Of a DNA stretch of 64,000 bases, positions 18,612-28,831 are shown piece after piece. The notes beneath the pieces were generated by a model that was given only the letters and a program-made list of their open reading frames with translations, was not told the DNA's origin and did no database searches. Position 1 is the stretch's first letter. Each line of letters opens with the position of its first letter. The position numbers and the translations under genes are program-made. The DNA lies in the IMG/VR virus record IMGVR_UViG_3300045961_000282, positions 142,258 through 206,257 of that record; one strand, written 5' to 3'.

Positions 18612-19271
18612 TGGGGTGCTCCTTCGTTGGTAGTGGTTGTTGTTTCACGCAATAGTAGCACCCCGCGCGAGGTCAGGACGAGGAGGCCCTCGCCGCCAAC
18701 CGTGCCGCGCGCTCAGCCAACTGCGCCTCTCGAGCCGCCCGGCGCGTCTCGCGCTCCTTCTGCTCGCGCAGTGCGGCGGACATCGATGGGGACTTGGGAT
18801 CCCACGAACGGACATTGGGAGAGGTGCTGACGGCCATGTTCGACTCCGATGCGTGGAAGGTGGGGCGTCCCTGCGTCAGGTCAAGGATACGGATGTCGGG
18901 GACGCTGCACCCGGCGATTCCCTACCCTGCCGTGCATGAAGCCACAGGATCTGGCCGCCGATGTCCTGTACCTGTCCCTTGCCGTCCCGGTCGCGCTCGC
19001 GATGCACGTGGCCATCGGCGCAGTGGAGGGGATCGAGTGGCTCAAGAGCCTGCGTCCCTGACTGCCGCCGGGGTCGGCGCGCTGGCCGGAGTGATCGCCG
19101 CCGCCCTCGCTGGGTACGTCGTGGCCGAGCGGGTGACGACGTGGATGAGTTCTGTCATGTCCCCGTCGCAGACTGGTTCCAGCACGGATTAGGTGATCCG
19201 CACTAGTTCGTGTAGTCTTATTCCTGTGAGCGAGGGAAGTGCCCCGCTCCTGATCCCTGAGGAGGGACCCC

Positions 19272-19544
19272 ATGTACGAGACCTACGAGGCCGCGATCGA
19301 CGCGATTCAGGCGCTCATCGACGAGCCGTCCGTCCGTGACGACGAGGTTGCCCAGTGCGAGGACTGCCTCCGCTACGGCGACGCTGAGAGCGACGACATG
19401 CGCTACGAGGACGAGCCGGGCGTCTGGCAGTGCGAGGAGTGCGCCGAGGCGTGGCACCGCCAGTGCATCGCGGACGCGCTCTACGACGTGCGCGGTCGCC
19501 TCGACTGGCAGGAGCGCACGGGGCGGCTGACTCTCTCCGTCTGA
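19272..19544 (+). CDS. Acidic Zn-finger protein
   Basis: CEDC...CEEC...H..C; hairpin-leader cassette. Confidence 0.75.
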   Translation: MYETYEAAIDAIQALIDEPSVRDDEVAQCEDCLRYGDAESDDMRYEDEPGVWQCEECAEAWHRQCIADALYDVRGRLDWQERTGRLTLSV

Positions 19545-19629
19545 CCCCCCACGGCCCCCCGCTTCGGCGGGGGGCTTTCCCGTGCCCGCCTCGCGTGTGT
19601 GCGCGACCGGCGTTGCTAGGCTGCCGAGC

Positions 19630-19860
19630 ATGGCGCACCTCGAATACTCCGAGCACTGGGCACGGCTGACTGAGCAGCGGCACGACGCCTACATGGACGC
19701 CCTGTACCAAGCGGCGCAGGACGGCGAGGACATGGAAACCCTGAGCGGCATCCCGTTCTGCGGCGAATGCTCAGAGTGCGAGCGCAGGGAGTCATGGGTG
19801 TTCCTGATGATGGAAGCCGTGAAGGCGCACCGCTGCGGGATATTGAATCTCGTCGAATAG
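19630..19860 (+). CDS. Small Cys-containing protein, leaderless
   Basis: TGCTAGGCT upstream; FCGECSEC. Confidence 0.65.
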   Translation: MAHLEYSEHWARLTEQRHDAYMDALYQAAQDGEDMETLSGIPFCGECSECERRESWVFLMMEAVKAHRCGILNLVE

Positions 19861-19879
19861 GCGTGCTAATATTGTTCCC

Positions 19880-20341
19880 ATGACCACCACCACCATCACC
19901 CTCGTCGACGCACCCGAGGTCACCTTCATCTCCGTCGGGGCGCCCGACGAGGACCTCGTGCAGCCGCTGAAGAACGCCTACTGGCACAAGCCTGAGGGCG
20001 GGATCTGGACCTGCCCCGCTGGCGCCGAGGAGAACTGGGCCAACTGGTGCGCCACCGAGATGCCCGAGTGGATCGAGGGCACGGACACCTACCGCCTGAC
20101 GCCGCGCGCCGGGACGCAGGTGGCGGTCATCGACTCGTTCGATGACCTGCGCGCCCTGATCGAGGCCTACCCGCTGCGCGACGCGCTGAGCGGGACTGGC
20201 CTGAACTTCGAGGCCATGGCCCGCGACTTCGATGGGATCTGGCTGACCGCCCGTGGCCAGTGGGCCACCCGGTTCACGACCCCCGGCCTGTACGGGTGGG
20301 ACGTCGAGACCGTGCTTTTCTTCCGGTGGAGTTTCCAGTGA
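19880..20341 (+). CDS. Hypothetical phage protein (KPxGGIWT / DGIWLT / LYGWDV)
   Basis: Leaderless TAATAT promoter; high GC3. Confidence 0.8.
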   Translation: MTTTTITLVDAPEVTFISVGAPDEDLVQPLKNAYWHKPEGGIWTCPAGAEENWANWCATEMPEWIEGTDTYRLTPRAGTQVAVIDSFDDLRALIEAYPLRDALSGTGLNFEAMARDFDGIWLTARGQWATRFTTPGLYGWDVETVLFFRWSFQ

Positions 20342-20553
20342 TCCGCCCTGAGCAGCCCGAGCCCATCGAGGGGCTCTACGACGCCTTCTACGCCGTTGCC
20401 CTGCGCGGCAGGGAACTGGGCTCCGGCCCCTTCGATGGCGCGCTGTCCACCCTGCCCGATGGAGTGGTGGAGTACCTCGTTGCCATGAACATCCCCGTCG
20501 AGAACGCCAAGGGGATCGCCATGGGCATCGCCATCGGGCGGCTGCTTCCATAG
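20338..20553 (+). CDS. Hypothetical protein
   Basis: GTGA coupling. Confidence 0.6.
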   Translation: MIRPEQPEPIEGLYDAFYAVALRGRELGSGPFDGALSTLPDGVVEYLVAMNIPVENAKGIAMGIAIGRLLP

Positions 20554-20736
20554 GCGCACACACGCGCGCACCACCGTCAAGAGCGCCCGCACCGTCAAGG
20601 TGAAGTGACCCTGAACCTTCCCAAGAAGGCCCCCGCTTCGGCGGGGGCCTTCGTCGTCTCCGAGAGTTGCTGTTCCTGAGGTTCCTGTGCTATGGTTTAC
20701 CTACCAACACAACCACCACCACGAAAGGAGGCCCTC

Positions 20737-21186
20737 ATGAGGGACGCAGTGATCATCGACGTTGATGGCACCCTTGCGAACGTCTCCGGCATTCGACATC
20801 ACGTTCGTAAAACTGCGGATCATCCCTTCAAGGACTTCTCGAAGTTCCATGCCGAGAGCGTCGATTGCCCGCCGAACGAGCAGGCCGTGGCCATCGCCCG
20901 CGAGGCGCACGAGGCCGGGCTGGCCGTGCTGATCGTCACCGCCCGCCGAGCGATGTGGCGCCACCACACCGCGTGGTTCCTCGCCCTGCACGACATCCCC
21001 AGCGACGCGCTGTTCATGCGCGGCAACGACGACCACCGCCGCGATGTCGAGGTCAAACGCGACATCCTCGCCCAGATCCGCACCCGGTGGAACCCGGTGC
21101 ACGCCGTGGACGACAATCCAAGCATTTTGGCGCTCTGGGCCTCCGAGGGGATTCCGACCACCGTGATCCCCGGCTGGGAGGACTGA
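20737..21186 (+). CDS. HAD-family polynucleotide 3'-phosphatase (T4 PNK phosphatase-domain-like)
   Basis: IIDVDGTLA, IVTAR, LFMR..DDHRRD..VK, AVDDN. Confidence 0.88.
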   Translation: MRDAVIIDVDGTLANVSGIRHHVRKTADHPFKDFSKFHAESVDCPPNEQAVAIAREAHEAGLAVLIVTARRAMWRHHTAWFLALHDIPSDALFMRGNDDHRRDVEVKRDILAQIRTRWNPVHAVDDNPSILALWASEGIPTTVIPGWED

Positions 21187-21214
21187 GTACCATATCTTTA
21201 TGGACCGAGTCGTT

Positions 21215-21772
21215 ATGTGTTCCTACTGTGGCGAAAAGCCAATAAAGGCTAATGGTCTGTGCTCTGGACATGCAGAGCAAATGCGATTAGGCAAGGAACT
21301 TAGGCCACTAGGCCGCAGGCGGCTCTGGTGGAATCCTGAATCCGTTCTGATCGACTACTCCAAACGCGATGCAGAAACAGGTTGTCTCATCTGGACCGCT
21401 GTCAAGAATCAGGCTGGATATGGCCTCTGCACCCTCGGCCTCGCTCACCGCGTCTCCTACAGAACATGGGTTGGCCCGATCCCCGAGGGCCTCTACGTCC
21501 TTCATCACTGCGACAACCCGCCATGCATCGAGCCGACTCACCTCTACGCCGGAACGCAGGCCGACAACATGCGGGACATGTACGCGCGCGACCGGCAACG
21601 ACACTCTCCCCGACCCGGCGAAGCGAACCCCGCCGCGAAACTGACCGAGGCGCAGGTGCTTGCCATCCGTGCCGACACCCGACCACAGCGCGCCATCGCG
21701 AAGGACTACAGGATCACGCAAGCGATGGTCAGTCTCATCAAGCGTCGAGAGAAGTGGACACACCTGCCATAG
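21215..21772 (+). CDS. HNH homing endonuclease
   Basis: AHRVSY, VLHHCDNPPCIEPTHL..GT..DN, AKLTE HTH. Confidence 0.9.
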   Translation: MCSYCGEKPIKANGLCSGHAEQMRLGKELRPLGRRRLWWNPESVLIDYSKRDAETGCLIWTAVKNQAGYGLCTLGLAHRVSYRTWVGPIPEGLYVLHHCDNPPCIEPTHLYAGTQADNMRDMYARDRQRHSPRPGEANPAAKLTEAQVLAIRADTRPQRAIAKDYRITQAMVSLIKRREKWTHLP

Positions 21773-21825
21773 ACGTGCTATGGTTTACCTACCAACACAA
21801 CAACCACCAGAAAGAAGGAACTTCA

Positions 21826-21960
21826 ATGAAGTGGACTGGGGCAGATGATGTCCTTGCCGAGATACGCCGCGTCAACATCGCCTACCTCGAACACGAACTG
21901 CTCGACCCCCCGTACCTGCACACGGACCTGTGCAGGATCTGCTTCCCGCGCATCCGCTGA
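21826..21960 (+). CDS. 44-aa protein
   Basis: Promoter/leader TGCTATGGTTTACCTACCAACACAAC identical to the one at ~20688. Confidence 0.6.
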   Translation: MKWTGADDVLAEIRRVNIAYLEHELLDPPYLHTDLCRICFPRIR

Positions 21961-21979
21961 CTCGACTGAGAGGAGTGAC

Positions 21980-22174
21980 ATGAAAACCGGCTTCGAGAAC
22001 TACCACACCGATGCCCTCGCGTGGTGGGTGTGGCACATGGACAACGACGGCTGCGAACGCTGCCCGGACGGCACCTCCCCCGAGGTCGCCGAGCGGGTCC
22101 GCGCCGAGTGGGCCACCCGCTCACAGGTCCTGCCCCGGCACCTGCGGGACGGGCGGTTCGACCGCATCCGCTGA
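21980..22174 (+). CDS. Hypothetical protein
   Basis: GAGGAG RBS. Confidence 0.6.
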   Translation: MKTGFENYHTDALAWWVWHMDNDGCERCPDGTSPEVAERVRAEWATRSQVLPRHLRDGRFDRIR

Positions 22175-22355
22175 CCAGCGCCCCGGCTTCCTCACGGAGG
22201 TCGGGGCGCTCTCGTGTGTACGTGCGCGCGACCGGCTCGTCGATCGCTCGAGCCCCACCTCGACGACTTCGGGGGTCGTATGGTTCGGTTTGCATTAGGG
22301 CACCGCGGTCTGTATAGTTGTAGCCATCACCACCACCACGACGAAAGGAACTGAC

Positions 22356-22586
22356 ATGGTGAAGATTGAGTTCGAGACGAACAACGAGGCGTTCGCCGAC
22401 GCCCCCGGCATCGAGATCGCCCGCATCCTGCGGCGGCTCGCCGACACGCTGGAGCCTGCCATGGGCGGCGACTGGGGACCCCTGCTCATCAAGGACACCC
22501 TCGGCAACACGGTGGGCGCCGCGCGGGTGCAGGTGTGCCGCTCCGACTGCCTGCTGGCCGACGGTCACCCCGGCGAGTGCGTCTGA
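22356..22586 (+). CDS. Small phage protein (N.AF.D...EIARILR...D..GN.VG)
   Basis: Canonical leader and RBS. Confidence 0.75.
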   Translation: MVKIEFETNNEAFADAPGIEIARILRRLADTLEPAMGGDWGPLLIKDTLGNTVGAARVQVCRSDCLLADGHPGECV

Positions 22587-22661
22587 GTTTGACATGGGCA
22601 GGCGATAGGCGTAATGTTAGTCATGTAAGAACAACAACACCACAGAGAGAGCGAGAATGAG

Positions 22662-22889
22662 ATGACGTTCACGATGGACCTGCGCGGTTCGGGGGTCTAC
22701 TCCTACGACGAGGAAGTCGCCATCGAGTGTGAGTGCGGCTCCACGGAGGGCACCCGGTTCGTTGACGACTGGAAGGTCGCAGTAGTCACCTGCGACAACT
22801 GCCAGATGGAGCAGCCCGAGGAGGACGACGAGGACCCCGACTACGCGCGGGACCTTTGGTTGGAGCAGGAGTACGAGGACCGCTACTGA
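22662..22889 (+). CDS. Acidic Zn-ribbon protein
   Basis: CECG...CDNC; own TTGACA/TAATGT promoter. Confidence 0.7.
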   Translation: MTFTMDLRGSGVYSYDEEVAIECECGSTEGTRFVDDWKVAVVTCDNCQMEQPEEDDEDPDYARDLWLEQEYEDRY

Positions 22890-22999
22890 CCCCGAAGGCC
22901 CCCGGGAAACCGGGGGCCTTCGTCATTGCCGCGTTTGACGTTTGACACAACGGGCATACTGGAATGAGCACGACCACCAACAACACGAAAGGACCACCT

Positions 23000-23965
23000 A
23001 TGAGCATCCGCACTGACACCTATGCGCTGGCCACGTCGGCTGGCCGCAAGCCCGGCACGCCGGGCCACGACGACGCGGTGGCCTACCTGCGCTGCCGCTT
23101 CGCCGACCTCGACCTGCTTCCCTACAGGGACACCGACGACTGGGAGCACTCCTACACCGCCAAGGCGCGCGGCAGGCGCGTCACCATGACCAACCTGATC
23201 GGCGTGATCCCCGGCACCGACCGCACGCTGGCGCCCATCGTGATCGGCGCGCACTATGACTCGGTGATCGAGTCCTACTGCGCCGACGACAACGCCTCGT
23301 CCGTGGCAGTCGTCCTCAACGTGGCCGAGCGCCTGAGCGCCGCGCCCCTGCGCCGCGACGTGGTGATCGCCGCGTTCGATGGTGAGGAACCGCCGTTCTT
23401 CCACTCTCCCGCGATGGGATCGACCCGTCTGGTGGAGGACGTGCTGGGCGAGGTCCACCTTGCCATCGTCATGGACCTGATCGGCCACCCGACCACACTA
23501 CCCGGCACCGACCCGCACCTGTCCGTGGTGACCGGCGTCGAGTCGCACCCGAACCTGCGCAGCGCGCTGATCGGGGTTGACCTGCCGCTGCTGGTCGTGG
23601 ACAACAAGCGGGTCGGCGACATGAGCGACCACCACGCCTTCCGGCTGGCGGGCAAGCCGTTCCTGTTCCTGTCCTCCGGCGAGTGGGAGCACTACCACAC
23701 CGAGGACGACCTGCCCGAGTACCTCGACTACACGAAGTTGCAGCGGGTCGCCGATGCTGTCGAGCGGTTCGCCCGCAACGCCGACGTGGTGGAACTGGGC
23801 GCTGCGCAGCCGCACGACATTGAGGACTTGGAGGCGGCGCGCTTCGACACCCACCTGCCCGCCGACCTCATCGAGCCGCTGCGCCACGGGGTGTCCACCC
23901 GCGAGGCCCTGCCGTACATCATCGGCGGACTGCGGGCGTCGATGTGGGGCGAGCGGTTCGCCTAA
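23000..23965 (+). CDS. M28-family zinc peptidase (no signal peptide)
   Basis: GAHYDS, ADDNASSVA, FDGEE, MDLIG, SDH, YHT..D. Confidence 0.92.
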   Translation: MSIRTDTYALATSAGRKPGTPGHDDAVAYLRCRFADLDLLPYRDTDDWEHSYTAKARGRRVTMTNLIGVIPGTDRTLAPIVIGAHYDSVIESYCADDNASSVAVVLNVAERLSAAPLRRDVVIAAFDGEEPPFFHSPAMGSTRLVEDVLGEVHLAIVMDLIGHPTTLPGTDPHLSVVTGVESHPNLRSALIGVDLPLLVVDNKRVGDMSDHHAFRLAGKPFLFLSSGEWEHYHTEDDLPEYLDYTKLQRVADAVERFARNADVVELGAAQPHDIEDLEAARFDTHLPADLIEPLRHGVSTREALPYIIGGLRASMWGERFA

Positions 23966-24044
23966 CTTGCTCTCTGCCACTGGCAGCGGTATAGTTGTCG
24001 GTGTGAGCGAGGGAGAGTCCCCCGCCGAACCGGAAGGAAACCTC

Positions 24045-24209
24045 ATGGCGAAGAACAGGGTGCCCGCGGGCGCCACGGCCAAGACGCCCGCGCAGGTGCA
24101 GGCCACTCTGGCCCTGCGCACCAGCGGAGCCAGCGGGCGGCACGACTCGCGCCCGAAGCGGGCCAGAACCCGCGCCGCCAGCAAGCGTGCGGCCCTGCGG
24201 GAGTTCTAG
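24045..24209 (+). CDS. 54-aa basic peptide
   Basis: Hairpin-leader cassette; LRTSGASGRHDSRPKRARTR. Confidence 0.7.
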   Translation: MAKNRVPAGATAKTPAQVQATLALRTSGASGRHDSRPKRARTRAASKRAALREF

Positions 24210-24322
24210 TCCCCCCAGCCAGAAGCCCCAGCGAAACCCGCTGGGGCTTCTTGACTTTTGGGGCCAGAATCGGTATCGTAGATACGCGATAGAGAACACG
24301 ACCAACACGAAAGGACAACGAC

Positions 24323-25069
24323 ATGACGACGACTGAACGCAACGAGCGGATCGTTCAACTGGCCGCTGACGGCTGGACCCTAGCAGCGATCGGCACCGAG
24401 GTCGGGCTGACTCGCGAACGAGTGCGCCAGATCCTCAACGACCACGGCACGCGCACCCTGCGCCACGACGACCTGCTGGCCAAGGCAGCCGCCGACTGGC
24501 GGGCGAGCGGGCAGGTCAGGCACGCGCACGACGTGCTGCGCGAGCACCGCCTCGCAGCCAACAGCCGCAACATCGCGATGCTGCGCCGGGCCGTGCCGGA
24601 ACTGTGCCTGCCCGCCAGCCGCGAGCAGGCCACGACATGGACCGAGGGCGCCATCGTCTCCGCGGTGCGTGACCTCGCCCGCCAGCACGGGTTCGACTTC
24701 GCGGGCGGCTGGATGCGGCTGAAGGACTACACCCGCCTGCGCGGCCCGCACGACCCCGCCCCGGCGACCATCGGTGCGAACTTCCTGTGGAGCGATATCG
24801 CGGTGAAGGCGGGCTTCAACCCGGCCAACGCCCCGCGGCGCGGGCGGCGCGGCGGCACGCGGCCCCGGCAGATCGCGCAGGCCGACCTCGACAACGCCGT
24901 GCTGGACTACATCGGCAGCGGCGAGCGGCTGAGCGCGGCGGGCTTTGAGCAGTACCTGAAGGACCGCCCCCACCTGCCGTCGATGGCCACGATCCGCAAC
25001 CGCTTCCGCGCGGAGGGGATCAACACCATCGCCGGAATCTTCACCGACGTGCAGGAACGGCTCGGCTGA
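24323..25069 (+). CDS. Sigma70 region-4-like HTH protein
   Basis: TLAAIGTEVGLTRERVRQI; no region 2 seen. Confidence 0.75.
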   Translation: MTTTERNERIVQLAADGWTLAAIGTEVGLTRERVRQILNDHGTRTLRHDDLLAKAAADWRASGQVRHAHDVLREHRLAANSRNIAMLRRAVPELCLPASREQATTWTEGAIVSAVRDLARQHGFDFAGGWMRLKDYTRLRGPHDPAPATIGANFLWSDIAVKAGFNPANAPRRGRRGGTRPRQIAQADLDNAVLDYIGSGERLSAAGFEQYLKDRPHLPSMATIRNRFRAEGINTIAGIFTDVQERLG

Positions 25070-25308
25070 TCCGAACCGAACGCCCCCGACTCCGGTGAGA
25101 AGTCGGGGGCGTTCGCGTATACGCGCGCGACCGGCGCTCGAGGACGTCCGGCCGCCGAAGTCGACGAGTTCGGCGGCCGTATGGTTTGCGGACCCTTCGG
25201 CCCTTCAGGGCCCTTCGGTCCTTTGGGACCCTTTTTGACAGGGCCAGCCGCATCCCGTATTGTTGTAGTCACAACAGCACGACCAACAACACCACAGAGG
25301 AGAACGAC

Positions 25309-25551
25309 ATGGCACGCATCACGTGCGCCCACTGCAAGCAGACCCACGCCACGGTGGCCGAGGTTCGCGAATGCGCCTACGAGCAGTACGAGGGCGAGGC
25401 ACAGGCCCGCGCCGAGCACGAGGCCGAGATGGCCATCGAGCGGTACTTCGAGGATCGCGGGTGGTACGAGGCGGCGTTGCAGGAGGAGATGGAGGCCCGC
25501 ATGGGCGTCATCGGATTCGCCGAAGCAATGGCCTTGGCCGAAGGCCGCTGA
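25309..25551 (+). CDS. Zn-finger protein
   Basis: CAHCKQTH..VAEVREC; own promoter and terminator. Confidence 0.75.
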   Translation: MARITCAHCKQTHATVAEVRECAYEQYEGEAQARAEHEAEMAIERYFEDRGWYEAALQEEMEARMGVIGFAEAMALAEGR

Positions 25552-25646
25552 ACAGCACGGAGCCCCGGTTCCCCATCAAGGGAACCGGGGCTTCGTCGTT
25601 GGTGCAGGAGCCCGGCACTGTCGCTTCAATGCCGGGCTCCTGCGGC

Positions 25647-25973
25647 CTACTTGGCGAACAGCCGCAGGATGTTGGTGCGGCGCATCAGCGCCTTGTCGTC
25701 GCGGTCCATCCGCCCCAAGCCGGTGAAGGTGTAACCCTTCTCGTAGGCGTAGGTGCCAGTCACGATGTAGCCATTGCGATCCAGAATCTGCTTGCGCCGC
25801 GACTCGCACACGGTGCAGACCAGCACGCGCTCAACGTCGCCGCCCGGCAGCCATGCCGCCGAGTCAGGCTTCCAGTTGTGGCCCATGTCCCGACAGGCGA
25901 GGAATGGATCGGGGTAGCGCTTGAGAATGTCAGCGACCTTCTGCGAATGCAGGTTCTTCTTCGGGGAAGCCAT
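25647..25973 (-). CDS. Zn-binding hypothetical protein
   Basis: CRDMGHNW...CTVC; leaderless TAGCAT. Confidence 0.75.
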   Translation of the reverse strand: MASPKKNLHSQKVADILKRYPDPFLACRDMGHNWKPDSAAWLPGGDVERVLVCTVCESRRKQILDRNGYIVTGTYAYEKGYTFTGLGRMDRDDKALMRRTNILRLFAK

Positions 25974-25997
25974 GAGCGTGATGCTATCACAGGCCTA

Positions 25998-26780
25998 TCA
26001 AGGCTCCACGCTGGTCAGCCACGCCCACGACTTGCCGTTCTTGATGTTGCTAACCGTCGCCTGAGATACCTCGAAGTTCCTTGCGATGACGGGTTGTAGG
26101 TCCGTCGAACGATAGATCGCCAGAACCACATCTTCAGTCAGTTTTGCCCGACTGCGCTTCGGCTTCGGTGCACCGGTCGGTCTGGTCAAGTGTGCCCACG
26201 TGTTTCCGTAACGGATGTTTTTGACCGTTGATAATCCAATCCCGTAGGACTGCGCGATGTTTGCATGAGAGTCGGGCGAGTGATAAATCGCCAGCACGAT
26301 CTCATCGGTGAGTTTGGCCCGAGGGCTGCGTCCGCCTCTCAGGATGTTTCCATCAGCCTCTCGGTCCGCCATGTTCTCAAGGACTGTCCCCCACGCGAGA
26401 TGGTTCGGATTGACGCACCAGCGGGTCTCGGACCCGCACTTGTGTAACGCCTGCTTGCCTTCCGGGCAGGGCCCATTGAGGAGAGTGCATGCATACCGGT
26501 GGGCGCGATGCTTCTCGTTCTTATAGGAGAAGGACGAGTACCCATCCTGATCCACCTTGCCGGTCCAAACCCAATGGTCCTCGGGCTCATCACCGGGCTG
26601 CGCGTAGAACCAGAATGCCTCCTCGATGGAGGTAAACGCGGGATGGAGCCGCTCGAAACCATCTCCCTCATGCCATCGCCACCGCTGGTAGTGCTTCTTG
26701 CACATCCCCCGAGCCTCGTGCGGCAGCGCGCAGGGCCGTCCATCTGTAACAACCTCACATGCACGGGATGCTCTCGCCAT
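25998..26780 (-). CDS. HNH homing endonuclease with two C-terminal HTH repeats
   Basis: ALHKCG....CVNPNHL.WGT..EN; AKLT..VLAIY twice; lower GC. Confidence 0.9.
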   Translation of the reverse strand: MARASRACEVVTDGRPCALPHEARGMCKKHYQRWRWHEGDGFERLHPAFTSIEEAFWFYAQPGDEPEDHWVWTGKVDQDGYSSFSYKNEKHRAHRYACTLLNGPCPEGKQALHKCGSETRWCVNPNHLAWGTVLENMADREADGNILRGGRSPRAKLTDEIVLAIYHSPDSHANIAQSYGIGLSTVKNIRYGNTWAHLTRPTGAPKPKRSRAKLTEDVVLAIYRSTDLQPVIARNFEVSQATVSNIKNGKSWAWLTSVEP

Positions 26781-26822
26781 GGGCTCTACCGTACATTACA
26801 GTCCGATGGATCGCCAGAACCA

Positions 26823-27104
26823 CTAAAGCCCAATGATGCCTCCTGCTCCCCGCAGTTCCACTGTCGCGACTCCGACTGCGACTCCTTGGAAGCCCATCTC
26901 ATTCACCACGTCTGCAAGCGATTGGACGACTTGATACGGGTCCACGTCATTGCCGTGGGCCACCGTCATGGTGATGGTGGTGACATACGCCTCGACGTTC
27001 GGGTCGGCAACGAACTCCCCGCCCTCGTACCCGCGCGCGACCGGCTCGTGCTCGTGCGGCTCGCCGCTGTCGTGACTGTGCTCGTGCTGCCAGTTCTTCG
27101 TCAT
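26823..27104 (-). CDS. Hypothetical protein
   Basis: ORF downstream of the 27114 gene. Confidence 0.55.
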   Translation of the reverse strand: MTKNWQHEHSHDSGEPHEHEPVARGYEGGEFVADPNVEAYVTTITMTVAHGNDVDPYQVVQSLADVVNEMGFQGVAVGVATVELRGAGGIIGL

Positions 27105-27113
27105 GGTCGCAGC

Positions 27114-27602
27114 CTAGAACTTCGTGCCCGGCGCCCACGCCGCCGACAGGCGCAAACAGAACTCGACGGCGGGCGACATCGGCCAGACTTCGGAGGGGGC
27201 GAACCATATGTCGGTCGCCAACGGGCTGCGAACGTGGTCGACCGGCACCTCGGGCAGCGCAGGCCCCGGCCCCTCGGGCGCGAAGGCGTGCGGGCGGCCC
27301 CACATGTCGAGCACCGCCTCGACGTTGCGCGGGTCGCCCGTCTGGAAGGTCACGCCGCTCGGCTTGGCGTAGAGCCACGCATAGCGCTCGCCCGGCACCG
27401 CGCAGGTGACGTAGTGCGTCTTGAAGCCCGGCTGGACGTTGAACTTCAGGTCCGGCTCGTACTCGGGCAGCCAGCACAGGAAGTCCCGCACCTCACTGGG
27501 CAGGGACTCGACCCCCTCGACGCGGTTGGCCTCGAAGAACTCGATGGCTTCCTCGGGGGTGTCGAACAGGTGGGGGGTGCGGAACAAACGTGGCTTGCTC
27601 AT
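27114..27602 (-). CDS. Hypothetical protein
   Basis: GAAAGGA RBS, high GC3. Confidence 0.7.
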   Translation of the reverse strand: MSKPRLFRTPHLFDTPEEAIEFFEANRVEGVESLPSEVRDFLCWLPEYEPDLKFNVQPGFKTHYVTCAVPGERYAWLYAKPSGVTFQTGDPRNVEAVLDMWGRPHAFAPEGPGPALPEVPVDHVRSPLATDIWFAPSEVWPMSPAVEFCLRLSAAWAPGTKF

Positions 27603-27709
27603 GGGAAACATCCTTTCTGTCGATGGCAGGACCCCTTTGGTCCCGTCCGTGTGTGAAGGGTACGCGAAAGGCCCGACCCCCCATAGGGAGCCGGGCCGTG
27701 ACGAGGCCG

Positions 27710-28222
27710 TCAGGCGGCTGCGTGCACGCGGCGCAGACGCGCCTCGCACACCGGGCCGATCCCCCGCGCCGCGCTCTGCGTCGCAGTCAGGGACCGCCCG
27801 CAGACCACGCAGAAGCCGTAGCCGTTGGACAGCCGCCCAGCCTCCTCGACCGTCAGGGGCGTGAGGCCCTCGGCGGCGAGGTTGCGCCCGGCACCCGGGG
27901 CGTAGACCCACCGGCCCCGGCGAGCGCCGGACTCGGTGACGTGGGCCTCCAGCCGCTTGGCGTAGGTGGCCGTGCCCGCCTTGTTGGGCACGACGACGAA
28001 CACCTCCTCGCCGCGGACGTAGTAGCCCTCGGTCGCGGCCTGCGCCGGGGCGGCAGCCACGCGCGGCGCGGCCATCAGGCGGTCGATGAACCGGCTCGCG
28101 TTGCGAGCAGTCATGTCGGCACGGGCGTCGAACAGCACCTGAGCCTCGGCGTCGAGCACGCGCTCGGTGGCGAGGCGCTCAAGAAAAGCGAGTTGGCGGG
28201 GGGTGATCATCTTGACGGGCAT
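27710..28222 (-). CDS. DUF6011-like Zn-finger protein
   Basis: C-terminal CVVCGRSLT..S..RGIGPVC; canonical leader. Confidence 0.8.
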   Translation of the reverse strand: MPVKMITPRQLAFLERLATERVLDAEAQVLFDARADMTARNASRFIDRLMAAPRVAAAPAQAATEGYYVRGEEVFVVVPNKAGTATYAKRLEAHVTESGARRGRWVYAPGAGRNLAAEGLTPLTVEEAGRLSNGYGFCVVCGRSLTATQSAARGIGPVCEARLRRVHAAA

Positions 28223-28483
28223 TGTCAGTTCCTTTCGGTTGGTGGTGGTGGTGGCTGACAGACCTAAGCATAGCACCAGAATCAGGGGGAGTTCAAATCG
28301 ACAGACTCGGCGGAGCGGGGTCCCGGGCGGCCCTCGAGGTCGTCGACCGAACCATACGGACCCCCGGCGGCCCTCGAGGGCGGGCCTACGACTTTCCTCG
28401 GCGAGCACTTCGAGCCCGGCCCGCCGGTCGCGCGCACACACGAGAAGGCCCCGACCCCCGAAGGGGCCGGGGCCTCCCCCCGA

Positions 28484-28831
28484 TCAGAACGAGAAGTCGA
28501 AGAACTTGTCCCGGTAACCGATGGCCAGCGTGCCGCCGTTGCCCTCGAAGCGCCCGCTCTTGCGCAGCGCGAAACGCTCGACCGAACGGTTCGGGTTCGG
28601 CAGGAACACGTACTCCTGCGACTCCGACATGCCGTTGCGGTCCACCCGCTGGGTGTCGTCGCGCTGGGCGAGCACGGCCTTGACCTGCCCGGCGCAGGCA
28701 CCGGACTTGAACCGCTCGACCCCGACGATCGTGTACGGGAGACGGTCGGACCACATCAGCAGCGTGGCGCCCATGCCCACCTCGGGCTCGGGGGCGCCGA
28801 TGGTGCTGGCGGCGAGAATGTTGTTGATCAC
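28484..28831 (-). CDS. Small phage protein (VGMGAT..WSDR..YT...DFSF)
   Basis: AGGAGG RBS, own promoter and terminator. Confidence 0.75.
   Translation of the reverse strand: MINNILAASTIGAPEPEVGMGATLLMWSDRLPYTIVGVERFKSGACAGQVKAVLAQRDDTQRVDRNGMSESQEYVFLPNPNRSVERFALRKSGRFEGNGGTLAIGYRDKFFDFSF

Noticed and set aside
24323-25069. Phage sigma factor
   Set aside because: Only a region-4-like HTH at the N-terminus; no region 2
25185-25235. Short CCCTTC-like tandem repeats before a promoter
   Set aside because: Real but short and degenerate; no function can be supported
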